Origin: Candidatus Roizmanbacteria bacterium RIFCSPLOWO2_01_FULL_41_22
GTDB taxonomy: Bacteria; Patescibacteriota; Microgenomatia; UBA1406; GWC2-37-13
DNA length: 64,000 nt
NCBI GenBank assembly: GCA_001789805.1
Contig: MGAR01000018.1
Coordinates: 35,981-99,980 of the forward strand
Direction of reading: 5' to 3'
Shown here: positions 27,258 through 37,001 of the stretch, one piece after another
Position numbering within the stretch: position 1 is the stretch's first letter
How the letters are laid out: each line of letters starts with the position of its first letter
Program-made: the position numbers and the translations under genes
The notes under the pieces: model-generated
Databases searched by the model: none
Told to the model about the DNA's origin: nothing
The model's input: only the letters and a program-made list of their open reading frames with translations

Positions 27258-27818
27258 ATGCAAGATAAGCAAAAAAAAACAGAGAAGGAACATATTCAGG
27301 AAGCTAAGTATCACAAACCGGCGGTGGGTAAACCTGGACACGATGCGCATTTAGTTCAAGAACTGAGTAAGCTAAAACAAGAGTTGACAGATAATAAAAA
27401 TCGTTATCTTCGCGCCCTGGCCGATTATCAAAATTTGGAAAAACGAGTCAACGAGGAAAGGCAAGAGGGGCAAAAACAGGCGGTTATGCAGGTGTTAAAT
27501 CGCTTATTTCCGGTTCTTGACAATTTAGAAAAGGCCGAAGTATTTATCAAAGATCCGGGGTTGAAAATGGTCAAAGACAGTTTGGCGCAGGTTTTGGCTG
27601 ATTTCGGTTTACAAAAACTGGAAGTTTTAGGCAAAGAGTATGATCCTTTTTTTGCTGAGGCGGTGGAGATAGTCCATGGCGAAAAAGATAACCAGGTAAT
27701 TGAAGTGTTACAGGCTGGATATCAGCTAGGCAAAAAAGTAATTAGACCGGCTCGAGTAAAAGTCAGCAAAAAAATTACTCAGGATAAGCAAGAAAAAGTC
27801 ATTAAAAATTCTGTCTAA
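27258..27818 (+). CDS. grpE: Nucleotide exchange factor GrpE
   Basis: RALADYQNLEKR coiled coil and a C-terminal beta domain. Confidence 0.9.
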   Translation: MQDKQKKTEKEHIQEAKYHKPAVGKPGHDAHLVQELSKLKQELTDNKNRYLRALADYQNLEKRVNEERQEGQKQAVMQVLNRLFPVLDNLEKAEVFIKDPGLKMVKDSLAQVLADFGLQKLEVLGKEYDPFFAEAVEIVHGEKDNQVIEVLQAGYQLGKKVIRPARVKVSKKITQDKQEKVIKNSV

Positions 27819-27839
27819 AAGACAGCACAAAATATTACT

Positions 27840-29729
27840 ATGTCCAAAACTATTGGTATTGATTTAGGAACAACTAATTCAGCGGTGGCCGTGATGGAAG
27901 GAGGCGCTCCCAAAATCATCTATTCGCAGGAGGGAAGAAACGTCATTCCTTCGGTGGTGGATCCGGTTAAAAGAATTGTCGGCGATGTCGCCAAACGGCA
28001 GATTGTTATCAATTCCAGCCGCACCTTATTTTCTATAAAACGCCTGATGGGCAGAAAATACAATGACGAATCGGTACAAAGGGATATTAAATGGTTGCCG
28101 TATAAAATAAAAGAGGGAAGGGAAGGGATGGCGGTGGTTGAAGTTGAAGGTAAACTATTTACACCCCAAGAAATTTCCGCTTTGATTCTTCAGAAAGTCA
28201 AATCTGACGCTGAGGCTTATCTAGGTACCAAAATAGAAAAAGCAGTAATTACGGTACCGGCCTATTTTGATGACGCCCAAAGACAGGCCACCAAACAGGC
28301 AGGTGAGATCGCCGGGTTAAAAGTCGAACGCATACTTAACGAGCCAACAGCAGCGGCTTTAGCTTACGGACTTGATAAAAAGCATAGCCATACGATTGCT
28401 GTTTATGATTTGGGCGGAGGGACTTTTGATATTACTATTTTGGAACTGGGTGAGGGTGTGTTCCAAGTCAAATCCACTAATGGAGACACGCATCTGGGAG
28501 GAGATGACTTTGACAAAGTGATTTTGGATTATATTGCTGATGAGTTTAAAAAAGAACATGGAGTTGATCTGCGTAAAGATCCGCAAGCTACCCAGCGTCT
28601 TAAAGACGCGGCTGAAAAAGCCAAGATTGAACTGTCCTCTTCTATGGAAGCAGAGATCAATCTGCCGTTTATAACGGTCAGAGAAAATCAGCCTCAGCAC
28701 TTGGTAATTAAGCTGACCCGTTCCAAGCTAGTATCTTTAGTGGGTGATCTAATTGAGCAGACTTTTGACCCGGTCAGAAAAGCCCTAAAAGACGCGGGTA
28801 TTGATAAAAGTAAAATTGATGAAATTGTGATGGTGGGTGGAATGACCCGTATGCCCAAAGTGTATGAGAGAGTGAAGGAATTTTTCGGCAAAGACCCCAA
28901 CCGCAGTGTGAATCCGGATGAAGTAGTAGCAATTGGTGCAGCAGTGCAGGCAGGAATTTTGGGGGGAGAAGCAAAAGATGTAGTTTTACTAGATGTGACA
29001 CCTCTTACCTTGGGAGTAGAAACATTAGGTGGCGTGACGACCCCTCTTATCAACCGCAATACTACTATACCCACCTCCAAAAGCGAGGTGTTTTCCACCG
29101 CTGCCGATAATCAGACACAGGTAGGGATTCACATTTTACAGGGAGAGAGACCTCTGGCGCGGGATAACAAGTCGCTTGGTCAGTTTATTTTGGATGGTAT
29201 TCCGCCGGCCCCGCGAGGAGTGCCGCAGATTGAGGTAACTTTTGACCTTGATGCCAACGGTATTCTGACTGTTAAAGCCAAGGATAAAGCCACCGGCAAA
29301 GAGCAAAGCATTAAGATTACCGGCTCCACGGGACTAACCAAAGATGAGATTGAAAAAATGAAAAATGAGGCTGAGAAAAATGCGGATGACGATCAAAAAG
29401 AAAAAGAAAAGATCGAAAACCGCAATAAAGCCGATAACATGATTTATGTTGCGGAAAAGTCATTAAAAGACGCCGGCGACAAAGCACCCGTTGATATTAA
29501 AAAAGCAGTAGAGGAAAAGATAAAAGTCCTGAAAGACACTCTGGGAAAAGGCAGTGCCGCGGAAATTGAAACTAAAACCAAAGAGCTGTCTGAGGCCTTG
29601 CAGAAAATCGGGCAGGGGATGTATGATCAAAATGTCAAAACTCAAAACTCAAATGTCAAAAAAGAAGATAAAAATGAGGAAAATAAAAAAGACAAGAAAG
29701 ACGTAGAGGAAGGCGAGGTAGTAAGTTAA
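27840..29729 (+). CDS. dnaK: Chaperone DnaK (Hsp70)
   Basis: [18 protein letters not shown] and VGGMTRMP signatures. Confidence 0.97.
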   Translation: MSKTIGIDLGTTNSAVAVMEGGAPKIIYSQEGRNVIPSVVDPVKRIVGDVAKRQIVINSSRTLFSIKRLMGRKYNDESVQRDIKWLPYKIKEGREGMAVVEVEGKLFTPQEISALILQKVKSDAEAYLGTKIEKAVITVPAYFDDAQRQATKQAGEIAGLKVERILNEPTAAALAYGLDKKHSHTIAVYDLGGGTFDITILELGEGVFQVKSTNGDTHLGGDDFDKVILDYIADEFKKEHGVDLRKDPQATQRLKDAAEKAKIELSSSMEAEINLPFITVRENQPQHLVIKLTRSKLVSLVGDLIEQTFDPVRKALKDAGIDKSKIDEIVMVGGMTRMPKVYERVKEFFGKDPNRSVNPDEVVAIGAAVQAGILGGEAKDVVLLDVTPLTLGVETLGGVTTPLINRNTTIPTSKSEVFSTAADNQTQVGIHILQGERPLARDNKSLGQFILDGIPPAPRGVPQIEVTFDLDANGILTVKAKDKATGKEQSIKITGSTGLTKDEIEKMKNEAEKNADDDQKEKEKIENRNKADNMIYVAEKSLKDAGDKAPVDIKKAVEEKIKVLKDTLGKGSAAEIETKTKELSEALQKIGQGMYDQNVKTQNSNVKKEDKNEENKKDKKDVEEGEVVS

Positions 29730-29784
29730 CATTAGAGGGCAGTGGAGGAGTAAAGAAGCTCTGCTATAATGTGTGCTTCGACAT

Positions 29785-30636
29785 ATGAAAGACTACTATG
29801 CTATTTTAGGCGTTGCTAAAAATGTTTCTGAACAAGAGATCAAAGCCGCTTATCGCAAGCTGGCGCTTGAGTGGCATCCTGATCGAAATAAATCCCCGGA
29901 AGCTAATGAAAAGTTCAAACAAATTAATCGCGCTTATGAAGTGCTTTCCAATCCGGAAAAAAAGCAGATGTACGACCAAGTGGGGTATGAGGCTTTTGAA
30001 AAAAGCGGGTCAGGTGCCCAGGGTCGCGGTAATGAGCAGGGTCCTTTTACTTACTATACCAATTTTGGCGACGAAGGCATTAATTTTGACTTTGGTGGGG
30101 CGGACCCTTTTGAAATATTTGAACAATTTTTCGGCTTTCGTTCACCATTTAGTGGTGGCCGAGGCAGAAGGACGAAGCGCCGAAATGCCTACGAGATGGA
30201 GCTGACTTTTGAAGAGGCGGTTTGTGGTGTTGAAAAAACCACCGTCATTGAGGGAAAACAGAAATCTATCAAAATTCCGGCTGGCGTTGATAGCGGGACA
30301 CAGATCCGATTTGCGGATTTTGATGTGGTAGTGCGGATACGTCCCCACTCTTCCTTTAAGCGTGAAGGTCAAGATATATATTTGGAAAAAGATCTGACTT
30401 TTCCGCAGGCGGCTTTAGGCGCGGTGGTTGACATTCCTACTATCAACGAGTCAGTCAAATTACGCGTTCGCCCTGGGACCCAGTCGGGTACGGTTGTCAG
30501 ATTAAGAGGGCAGGGGATACCATACCCGCAGTCGCAGCAGAAAGGGGATCAGTATGTGGTTTTTAAAGTGGACATTCCTCAAAGATTATCCGGCAATGCC
30601 AAAAAATTGATCGAAGAACTGCAGGATGAGTTATAA
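29785..30636 (+). CDS. dnaJ: J-domain co-chaperone lacking the Zn-finger domain (CbpA-like DnaJ)
   Basis: J domain with HPD (EWHPDRN), a G/F region, then C-terminal beta domains. No CxxCxGxG repeats. Confidence 0.85.
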   Translation: MKDYYAILGVAKNVSEQEIKAAYRKLALEWHPDRNKSPEANEKFKQINRAYEVLSNPEKKQMYDQVGYEAFEKSGSGAQGRGNEQGPFTYYTNFGDEGINFDFGGADPFEIFEQFFGFRSPFSGGRGRRTKRRNAYEMELTFEEAVCGVEKTTVIEGKQKSIKIPAGVDSGTQIRFADFDVVVRIRPHSSFKREGQDIYLEKDLTFPQAALGAVVDIPTINESVKLRVRPGTQSGTVVRLRGQGIPYPQSQQKGDQYVVFKVDIPQRLSGNAKKLIEELQDEL

Positions 30637-30644
30637 AATGATCA

Positions 30645-31649
30645 ATGGATATTCAGACAAAAATTCAAAATCTCCCTAAGTATAAGATCACTTTAGAGAT
30701 AAAAGCGGCGATTAATCATTATTTCCAAAATAAAGGCTATCTACAGATTGATTTACCGGTATTATCACCGGCACTTATTCCTGAAAGTTATCTGGAAATA
30801 TTTGAAACAGAGTTTAGGTATTTGGATATGAAAAAAAAGCTATACTTAACACCTTCTCCCGAACTTTTTCTCAAACGGTTAATCGGCCAGGGGATTGGAA
30901 ACTGTTATTATCTGGGAAAGACTTTCCGCAACAGCGAACCCAATTCGAGTCTGCACTTACCGGAGTTTACCATGCTTGAGTTTTATAAGGTAGGTGTGGG
31001 GTATAAAGATCTAGCCACCGAAATCTTAGAGTTATTGCGCTATATTGCCAGATGCATTTCCGGTTCCGCCTACTCTTTTATTTACCAGGGAGAGAAAATA
31101 TCCTTGGCCAGGTGGGAGGAATTGACTTTGGCCGAGGCGTTTGCAAGGTGCTCGGGAATATCGGGAAGCGATTTATTTGTTGAAGATAAATTTTTACAAA
31201 AAGCAAAAACAAAGGGGTATAATACAAGCGGATTCTCGTATGAAGACATTTTTTCTCAGATTATTGCTCAGGAGATTGAACCAAACTTAGGCAAGAATGG
31301 TTATCCAACAATGGTTTATGACTTTCCGCCGAAAATGGCCTCTTTAGCCAAACTATCTCCTGATAAAAAGATTGCTGAAAGAATGGAATTTTACATCGAT
31401 GGGAAAGAGATCGGCGGCTGCTGCACTGAAGTTGACAACTGGCGAGAATATAAAAGCAGAAGCGCCCGCCATATGAAAAAAAGAAAAGAGATGGGATCAA
31501 TCAATCATAAGGTAGATAACGAATTTGTTGAGGCGATAAAAGACGGCTTTCCACCTTGTACCGGAGCGGGAATAGGCGTGGACAGATTAGCGATGATTTT
31601 TGCCAACGCGAAGTCAATTGGAGAATTAAAATTGATTGAAGTTAGTTAG
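30645..31649 (+). CDS. epmA: EF-P lysyl-ligase EpmA/PoxA-like class II aaRS paralog
   Basis: Catalytic-core-only class II synthetase: motif 2 FRNSEP...EFTMLEFY and motif 3 GAGIGVDRLAMIF. No anticodon-binding domain. Immediately upstream of efp. Confidence 0.7.
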   Translation: MDIQTKIQNLPKYKITLEIKAAINHYFQNKGYLQIDLPVLSPALIPESYLEIFETEFRYLDMKKKLYLTPSPELFLKRLIGQGIGNCYYLGKTFRNSEPNSSLHLPEFTMLEFYKVGVGYKDLATEILELLRYIARCISGSAYSFIYQGEKISLARWEELTLAEAFARCSGISGSDLFVEDKFLQKAKTKGYNTSGFSYEDIFSQIIAQEIEPNLGKNGYPTMVYDFPPKMASLAKLSPDKKIAERMEFYIDGKEIGGCCTEVDNWREYKSRSARHMKKRKEMGSINHKVDNEFVEAIKDGFPPCTGAGIGVDRLAMIFANAKSIGELKLIEVS

Positions 31650-31737
31650 AGTTGTGTTTACAATTTACGACGTTAGAGGATTAGTCAGGAAAAGGGAGCG
31701 GTGACATTGTATAATAAAAGAATATCAAAGACAAACT

Positions 31738-32310
31738 ATGACGCGGATTTCAGCTGGAAATTTAAAAAAAGGTGAATTTATTATCTATCAAAACGAAACT
31801 TGGCAGCTTCAGAAAGCCGAGTTTTACTCTCCCGGAAAAGGCTCGGCTCTAATGCGCGCTAAAATCAAAAATGTAATCTCAGGTAAAAATATTGACTACA
31901 CTTTCAAGTCCAGCGAATATGTGGAAACCATTGAGGTTGAGAGTGTAGAAATGCAGTATTTATACAAGGATAATGAGAACGCCTATTATATGGATGAGCG
32001 GACTTATAACCAGTATACCGTTCCTCTTGCTGTAATCGGCGAGGCAATCAACTTTTTTAAAGAAGGAGAAAAAATGTTTGTCTATGTCCAAAATGAAAAA
32101 CCACTATGTATCAGTCCACCGATGAGCGTTCGTTTAAGAGTGACAGAAACTGAAGACGGAGTCAAAGGAGATACGGTGAGTGGGGCAAAAAAAACCGCAA
32201 TACTGGAGACAGGAGCTTCGATATTAGTGCCGTTATTTGTGAAGAAGGGCGACATCATTACTTTAAACCCCGAAATTGGTGAATATGTCGGAAGAGAGAA
32301 AGAAATATAA
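31738..32310 (+). CDS. efp: Elongation factor P
   Basis: 190 aa. The SPGKGSALMRAKIKN loop carries the modifiable Lys. Three-domain length. Confidence 0.9.
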   Translation: MTRISAGNLKKGEFIIYQNETWQLQKAEFYSPGKGSALMRAKIKNVISGKNIDYTFKSSEYVETIEVESVEMQYLYKDNENAYYMDERTYNQYTVPLAVIGEAINFFKEGEKMFVYVQNEKPLCISPPMSVRLRVTETEDGVKGDTVSGAKKTAILETGASILVPLFVKKGDIITLNPEIGEYVGREKEI

Positions 32311-32312
32311 AA

Positions 32313-32396
32313 CACGAAACATATAACATGCAACATTAGAAAGACACGGGATAAGATTAGTTATTCTTGTGTTACATGTTACATGTTTTGTGTTAA
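32313..32396. repeat. Word-repeat hairpin, family H, copy 1 (ACATGTA words)
   Basis: AACACGAAACATATAACATGCAACAT ... GTGTTACATGTTACATGTTTTGTGTT are imperfect inverted arms. Shares AACATATAACATG and CATGTTACATG with 57558-57621. Confidence 0.65.
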
Positions 32397-33023
32397 ATGA
32401 TCATGCTTTCAGTTGGAGAAATGCTACGCAAACGGCGGGAGGAAACAGGGATTACCCTCAAGCAGATTGAGAAAGAAATCAGAGTCCGGGAAAAATTCCT
32501 CAGATTTATCGAAGAAAACGACTGGCGGTATTTTGCCTCCAAAGTATATATTATCGGCATTATCAAAACCTACTCCAATGCCTTGGGTCTTGATCCGGCC
32601 AAGATGCTAGCCTATTTTCGCCGTGATTACGAAAAGCACGAGGATCTGCGGTTTAAAAAAAGAGTCAATGACAGTAGTTTTAATTTGGAAACTAAAAAAA
32701 TTATTATGGGGGTGGTCGCGGGTATTATCTTGATATTTTCTGCCTATTTTACATATCAGGTCAAGCTTTATCTAACTCCCCCGAGTATTACAATCCTTAA
32801 ACCCGATCAAACCACACTCAGGAATATGGAGAAAGTTCAGATAATGGGAAAGACTGAAAAGGAAGCTAATATCGTAATTTTTGGAGATAAAGTATTTGTT
32901 GATAGCGAAGGAGTGTTTACTTACGATTTTCCTTTAAAAAAAGGTCAAAATACTTTTATTATCGAAGTGACGGGAGCTAATGGTAAAAAGTCTATTCTGA
33001 AAAAACAATTCCTTTTGGAGTAG
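32397..33023 (+). CDS. RodZ-like HTH/transmembrane protein
   Basis: N-terminal Xre-type HTH (GEMLRKRREETGITLKQIEKEIRVREKFLRFIEEN), a central TM helix and a C-terminal beta domain. Confidence 0.65.
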   Translation: MIMLSVGEMLRKRREETGITLKQIEKEIRVREKFLRFIEENDWRYFASKVYIIGIIKTYSNALGLDPAKMLAYFRRDYEKHEDLRFKKRVNDSSFNLETKKIIMGVVAGIILIFSAYFTYQVKLYLTPPSITILKPDQTTLRNMEKVQIMGKTEKEANIVIFGDKVFVDSEGVFTYDFPLKKGQNTFIIEVTGANGKKSILKKQFLLE

Positions 33024-34329
33024 CGATCGCCTTTTTGCCCTTCTCCCCCAATTGTTTTTGCAACTCTTTCAAACTTTTTACAGTTTCTGAAGAAAACACC
33101 TGCGGAAGGGCGAGTCGTTTCGCTTCGGAAACAATTTTTTTTTCGCCATAGACTTGTCTGACTTCACCTAACAGTCCGACCTCTCCTACAAAAATCGACT
33201 TTGGTGGCAGGGGCAGATTTTTGATTGAAGAGATGAGAGAGGCGACTATACCTAAATCAGCAGCCGGAGATTTGATCTCCACACCGCCAACAACATTGAC
33301 ATAGATATCATAAGAATGCAGTGGTAGATTCAAGTGTTTGCGAATTACGGCCAAAAGCAGAAGGACCTTACTGTAGTCAACACCCTTCACTACTCTCCGT
33401 GGCATGGTTAAAATGCTTGGCGAGGCCAAAACCTGTATTTCAAAAAAGAGCGGCCTGCGGCCCTCCATGCTGCCAACAATCGCTTTACCCGGTACGTGGC
33501 CGGTGGTGTCTTCTAAGAAAGCCAGCGGATCGTTCACTTCCCGCAGGCCGCGTCCTGCCATCTCAAAAATTCCAATCTCATCAGTTGAGCCGAAGCGGTT
33601 TTTTTGTGCCCGCAAAACGCGAAAATGAGACACTCTTTCCCCCTCAAAATTAATGACAGCGTCTACCATATGTTCAAGAGTCTTTGGTCCGGCGATATCG
33701 CCGTCTTTAGTGACATGGCCGATGACGATAATAGGGATTTTATTTTCTTTGGCAAAACGGATCAGTTTGGCCGCGGTTTCTTTTAATTGAGTAATACTTC
33801 CGGGCTGGCCTTCGACCTCTTTTGAGTAGACGGTTTGGACTGAATCAATAACAATAACGTCGATTTTTTCTCTGATCTCGCGCGCGCCTTCGATAATACC
33901 TTCCACCTGCAAAGTATCTGAGAAAAAAAAGTTTTCCAATTGTATATTTAAGCGTTCGGCGCGATCTTTGACCTGTTCAGCAGCCTCTTCACCTGAGATA
34001 TACAAGGTTTTCAAATTACTTAACGACTGCAGGATCAGCGTTGATTTGCCCACTCCCGGTTCACCAGTCAGAAGGACGATCTCTCCGCTCACAAAACCGC
34101 CGCCAAGTACCCGATCAAACTCAAACAGTCCAGTCTGCAAACGACCCTTAACCAAAGAAGGCACCTCGGTCAACGGCTTGAAAGTGAGTTTCTGGGTTTT
34201 TTCTTTACGTTTGTCTTTTTCATCTCTTTGCAAAACCAGGCTGTTCCACTGGTTGCAATCAGGACATTTGCCGATCCAGGAGGCCGAGCCGTAACCGCAG
34301 TTGGAACAGATATAAAATCCCATAGTCAA
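32992..34329 (-). CDS. radA: DNA repair protein RadA/Sms
   Basis: N-terminal Zn ribbon CSNCGY...CPDC, Walker A GEPGVGKST, KNRFG motif and a Lon-like C domain. Confidence 0.92.
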   Translation of the reverse strand: MTMGFYICSNCGYGSASWIGKCPDCNQWNSLVLQRDEKDKRKEKTQKLTFKPLTEVPSLVKGRLQTGLFEFDRVLGGGFVSGEIVLLTGEPGVGKSTLILQSLSNLKTLYISGEEAAEQVKDRAERLNIQLENFFFSDTLQVEGIIEGAREIREKIDVIVIDSVQTVYSKEVEGQPGSITQLKETAAKLIRFAKENKIPIIVIGHVTKDGDIAGPKTLEHMVDAVINFEGERVSHFRVLRAQKNRFGSTDEIGIFEMAGRGLREVNDPLAFLEDTTGHVPGKAIVGSMEGRRPLFFEIQVLASPSILTMPRRVVKGVDYSKVLLLLAVIRKHLNLPLHSYDIYVNVVGGVEIKSPAADLGIVASLISSIKNLPLPPKSIFVGEVGLLGEVRQVYGEKKIVSEAKRLALPQVFSSETVKSLKELQKQLGEKGKKAIATPKGIVFSE

Positions 34330-34496
34330 AGATATATAAAAGGCAAAATCTCAAATGCCAAAACTTAAAAAAAATATTTTAAGATTAAAAACACCTATAT
34401 TTTACTTGGTGGCGGATCATTCTTCCACTATAAAATATTATTTAATTCTTCTTTTTACGCTTTGATTTTACCTACCTTTGTGCTACAATTACCGAT

Positions 34497-35516
34497 ATGG
34501 CAATAGTAAAAAGTGAGTTTGCACTAGCATTAAATCAGGTGGCTACTGAAAGAGGTATTACGGTTGATGAAGTCCTCTCTTCAATGGAAGCGGCGATTTT
34601 GGCCGCTTTTCATAAGGAATATCCAAATAAAATCGAAGATCCGATAACTGTAAAAGTCAACAAGGAAACTGGCGAAACGAAGATTGTGGAAGAGGGAAAA
34701 GACATTACGCCTCCTGGGTTTGGCCGGATTGCGGCTCAGACTGCCAGGCAGGTGATCATTCAAAAGATACGTGAAGCCGAGAAAAAAACCGTCATCTCGC
34801 ATTATCGGGATCAGGTCGGTACAATAATCCGTGGACGAGTGATCCGCTACGACGGGTATAATGTCCATGTTGACATTGGTAAAGCAGAGGGTATTCTGCC
34901 TAAAGAAGAACAAATTAAAAATGAAAACTACTCAGTGAACACCAGTTTGATTTTTTACCTGAAAGGGATTGTCGAGGACCAGCAAGGATATTCGCGAATA
35001 GTTTTGTCAAGAATTGCTCCAGAACTGATCATCGAGCTTTTTAGGCGGGAAGTCCCGGAAATCGCAAGTCTTACCGTTGAGGTAAAAAAAGTTGTTCGCG
35101 AACCGGGCATGAGAGCGAAAATCGCTGTTTACAGCAGTCAAGGCGGAGTGGATCCGGTTGGCGCTTGTGTTGGCCAAAAAGGTGTACGAGTCCAGACGGT
35201 CACCGACGAGTTGGGCGGTCAGGAAAAGATCGATATTATTCAGTGGAATCCTGACATTAAGATATTTTTAATAAGCGCTCTTTCTCCAGCTAAGATAATT
35301 GAGGTGTCAATTGATGAAAAGACCAAGGTGGCTAAAGTGAAGGTCGAAGAATCACAAGCTCCCCTTGCTATTGGTAAAGGAGGCATTAATGTCAATCTGG
35401 CTTCGCGTTTAACTGAGCTGGATATTGATATTACCCAGACCACATCTTCGTCAAAAAAAACGCTACCGAAAGAAAATACTACTGACAAAATTGCTCCTAA
35501 AGACAAGGTTAAATAA
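34497..35516 (+). CDS. nusA: Transcription termination/antitermination factor NusA
   Basis: NTD, S1 and two KH domains (GACVGQKGVRVQ; IGKGGINV). Precedes infB. Confidence 0.9.
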   Translation: MAIVKSEFALALNQVATERGITVDEVLSSMEAAILAAFHKEYPNKIEDPITVKVNKETGETKIVEEGKDITPPGFGRIAAQTARQVIIQKIREAEKKTVISHYRDQVGTIIRGRVIRYDGYNVHVDIGKAEGILPKEEQIKNENYSVNTSLIFYLKGIVEDQQGYSRIVLSRIAPELIIELFRREVPEIASLTVEVKKVVREPGMRAKIAVYSSQGGVDPVGACVGQKGVRVQTVTDELGGQEKIDIIQWNPDIKIFLISALSPAKIIEVSIDEKTKVAKVKVEESQAPLAIGKGGINVNLASRLTELDIDITQTTSSSKKTLPKENTTDKIAPKDKVK

Positions 35517-35548
35517 CCATTTTTATCATTGATAATCTTTTGAAAACT

Positions 35549-36997
35549 ATGGTCAGACCGCCGGTTGTTGCTATATTGGGACATGTGGATCATGGAAAAA
35601 CCACTCTTTTGGATTTTATCCGCCACAGCCGAATCGCTGCCAAGGAATACGGTGGTATCACCCAAAGAATCGGCGCCTACGAGATTGTTACAGGAATAAA
35701 AGGCTATCCTACAGACAAGATCACTTTTATTGATACTCCGGGTCATGAGGCATTTTCTCAACTGCGATCCCGCGGGGCAAAGGTAGCTGATATCGCCTTA
35801 CTGGTGGTTGACGCTAAAGATTCGTTAATGCCCCAGACCGTTGAGTCAATCTATCACATCAAAAACGCTAAGATTCCCTTTATTGTGGTTTTAAACAAGA
35901 TGGATCTGCCTGAAGCCAATCCCGAAAAAGTAAAAAGAGACCTGTTAAAATACGAGGTCGTAACCGAAGATAAAGGCGGCAAAGTTCCGGTTCTTCCGAT
36001 CTCGGCCAAAACAGGCAAAGGAGTTTCTGACCTGCTGGAATCCATCCTTCTTATTACTTCGGAACTGCATTTGCAGTATGAGTCAAACTTTCCAACCCGC
36101 GCCTACATCATCGAGACGAAAAAAGATAAGCGGGGAATTGTCGCAAGCGTGGTTGTGAAAGAGGGGACATTGGGGGTTGGCGAGGTAGTTGATGTCGGTG
36201 GTAAGAAACTAAAAATCCGTTCATTAATCAATGACCTGGGAAAATCGGTCGAAAAAGCTGTCCCTTCAACGCCGGTTGAACTTACGGGATTTAATGAGAT
36301 GCCGGAGGTAGGAATGGAGTTAGGTAGCCAAAATCAGCCGGAAAAGGAAGAAGCAGTTATCAAACGACAATCACCGGCTGCACTAACCAAAGAGCAGTTG
36401 TATAGTCAAGAACAACCAAAAAAAAAGCTGACCATTATCATTAAAGCCGATTCTCAAGGTTCACTTGAAGCTATTAATGGTTTTTTGTCTAAAAATGATA
36501 ATATCGAGACGATTTTAAGCGCAGTTGGCGATATTTATCGTTCGGACGTTTTTTTGGCTAAGTCAACTAAGGCGATTGTAGTGGGTTTTGGCGTGGGATA
36601 TGATATGGAAGTAAAAAATTTAGCCAAGCAGGAAAAGGTGATTATTAAAACCTATAAGATTATCTATGAATTATTTGAGGAGCTGGAGGAAGTTTCAAAG
36701 CTTTTAAAAGAGAAGGAAGAAAGTGAGAAGAACCTCAAAGGCGAGGCAAAAATTTTAGCTACTTTCATCATCGAAGGCGAGCGGATTTTTGGCGCTAAAG
36801 TCACCAAAGGCAAGGTCAATGCCGGTGACTCTCTGGAGGTTTACCGCGACGGCCGTCTATTAAACAAGACTCGGCTGGTTTCCCTGCGCATTCGGGCCAA
36901 ATCGGTAACTGAGGTCAAACGAGATCAAGAGTGCGGCATGATCCTCTCCCCGCCACTTGACATTAAAATAGGCGATATGGTAAAATCTATCTCATAG
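35549..36997 (+). CDS. infB: Translation initiation factor IF-2 (G-domain-first short form)
   Basis: RPPVVAILGHVDHGKTTLLD near the N-terminus, then DTPGHEAF and NKMD. Confidence 0.9.
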   Translation: MVRPPVVAILGHVDHGKTTLLDFIRHSRIAAKEYGGITQRIGAYEIVTGIKGYPTDKITFIDTPGHEAFSQLRSRGAKVADIALLVVDAKDSLMPQTVESIYHIKNAKIPFIVVLNKMDLPEANPEKVKRDLLKYEVVTEDKGGKVPVLPISAKTGKGVSDLLESILLITSELHLQYESNFPTRAYIIETKKDKRGIVASVVVKEGTLGVGEVVDVGGKKLKIRSLINDLGKSVEKAVPSTPVELTGFNEMPEVGMELGSQNQPEKEEAVIKRQSPAALTKEQLYSQEQPKKKLTIIIKADSQGSLEAINGFLSKNDNIETILSAVGDIYRSDVFLAKSTKAIVVGFGVGYDMEVKNLAKQEKVIIKTYKIIYELFEELEEVSKLLKEKEESEKNLKGEAKILATFIIEGERIFGAKVTKGKVNAGDSLEVYRDGRLLNKTRLVSLRIRAKSVTEVKRDQECGMILSPPLDIKIGDMVKSIS

Positions 36998-37001
36998 TAA
37001 T

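Noticed and set aside
28359-29098. Antisense ORFs inside dnaK, with similar cases inside radA (33321-34294), ugd (54148-54933), cca (23542-24508) and rfbB (57876-58370).
   Set aside because: They lie within well-supported conserved genes on the opposite strand or in another frame, so they are typical spurious long ORFs.
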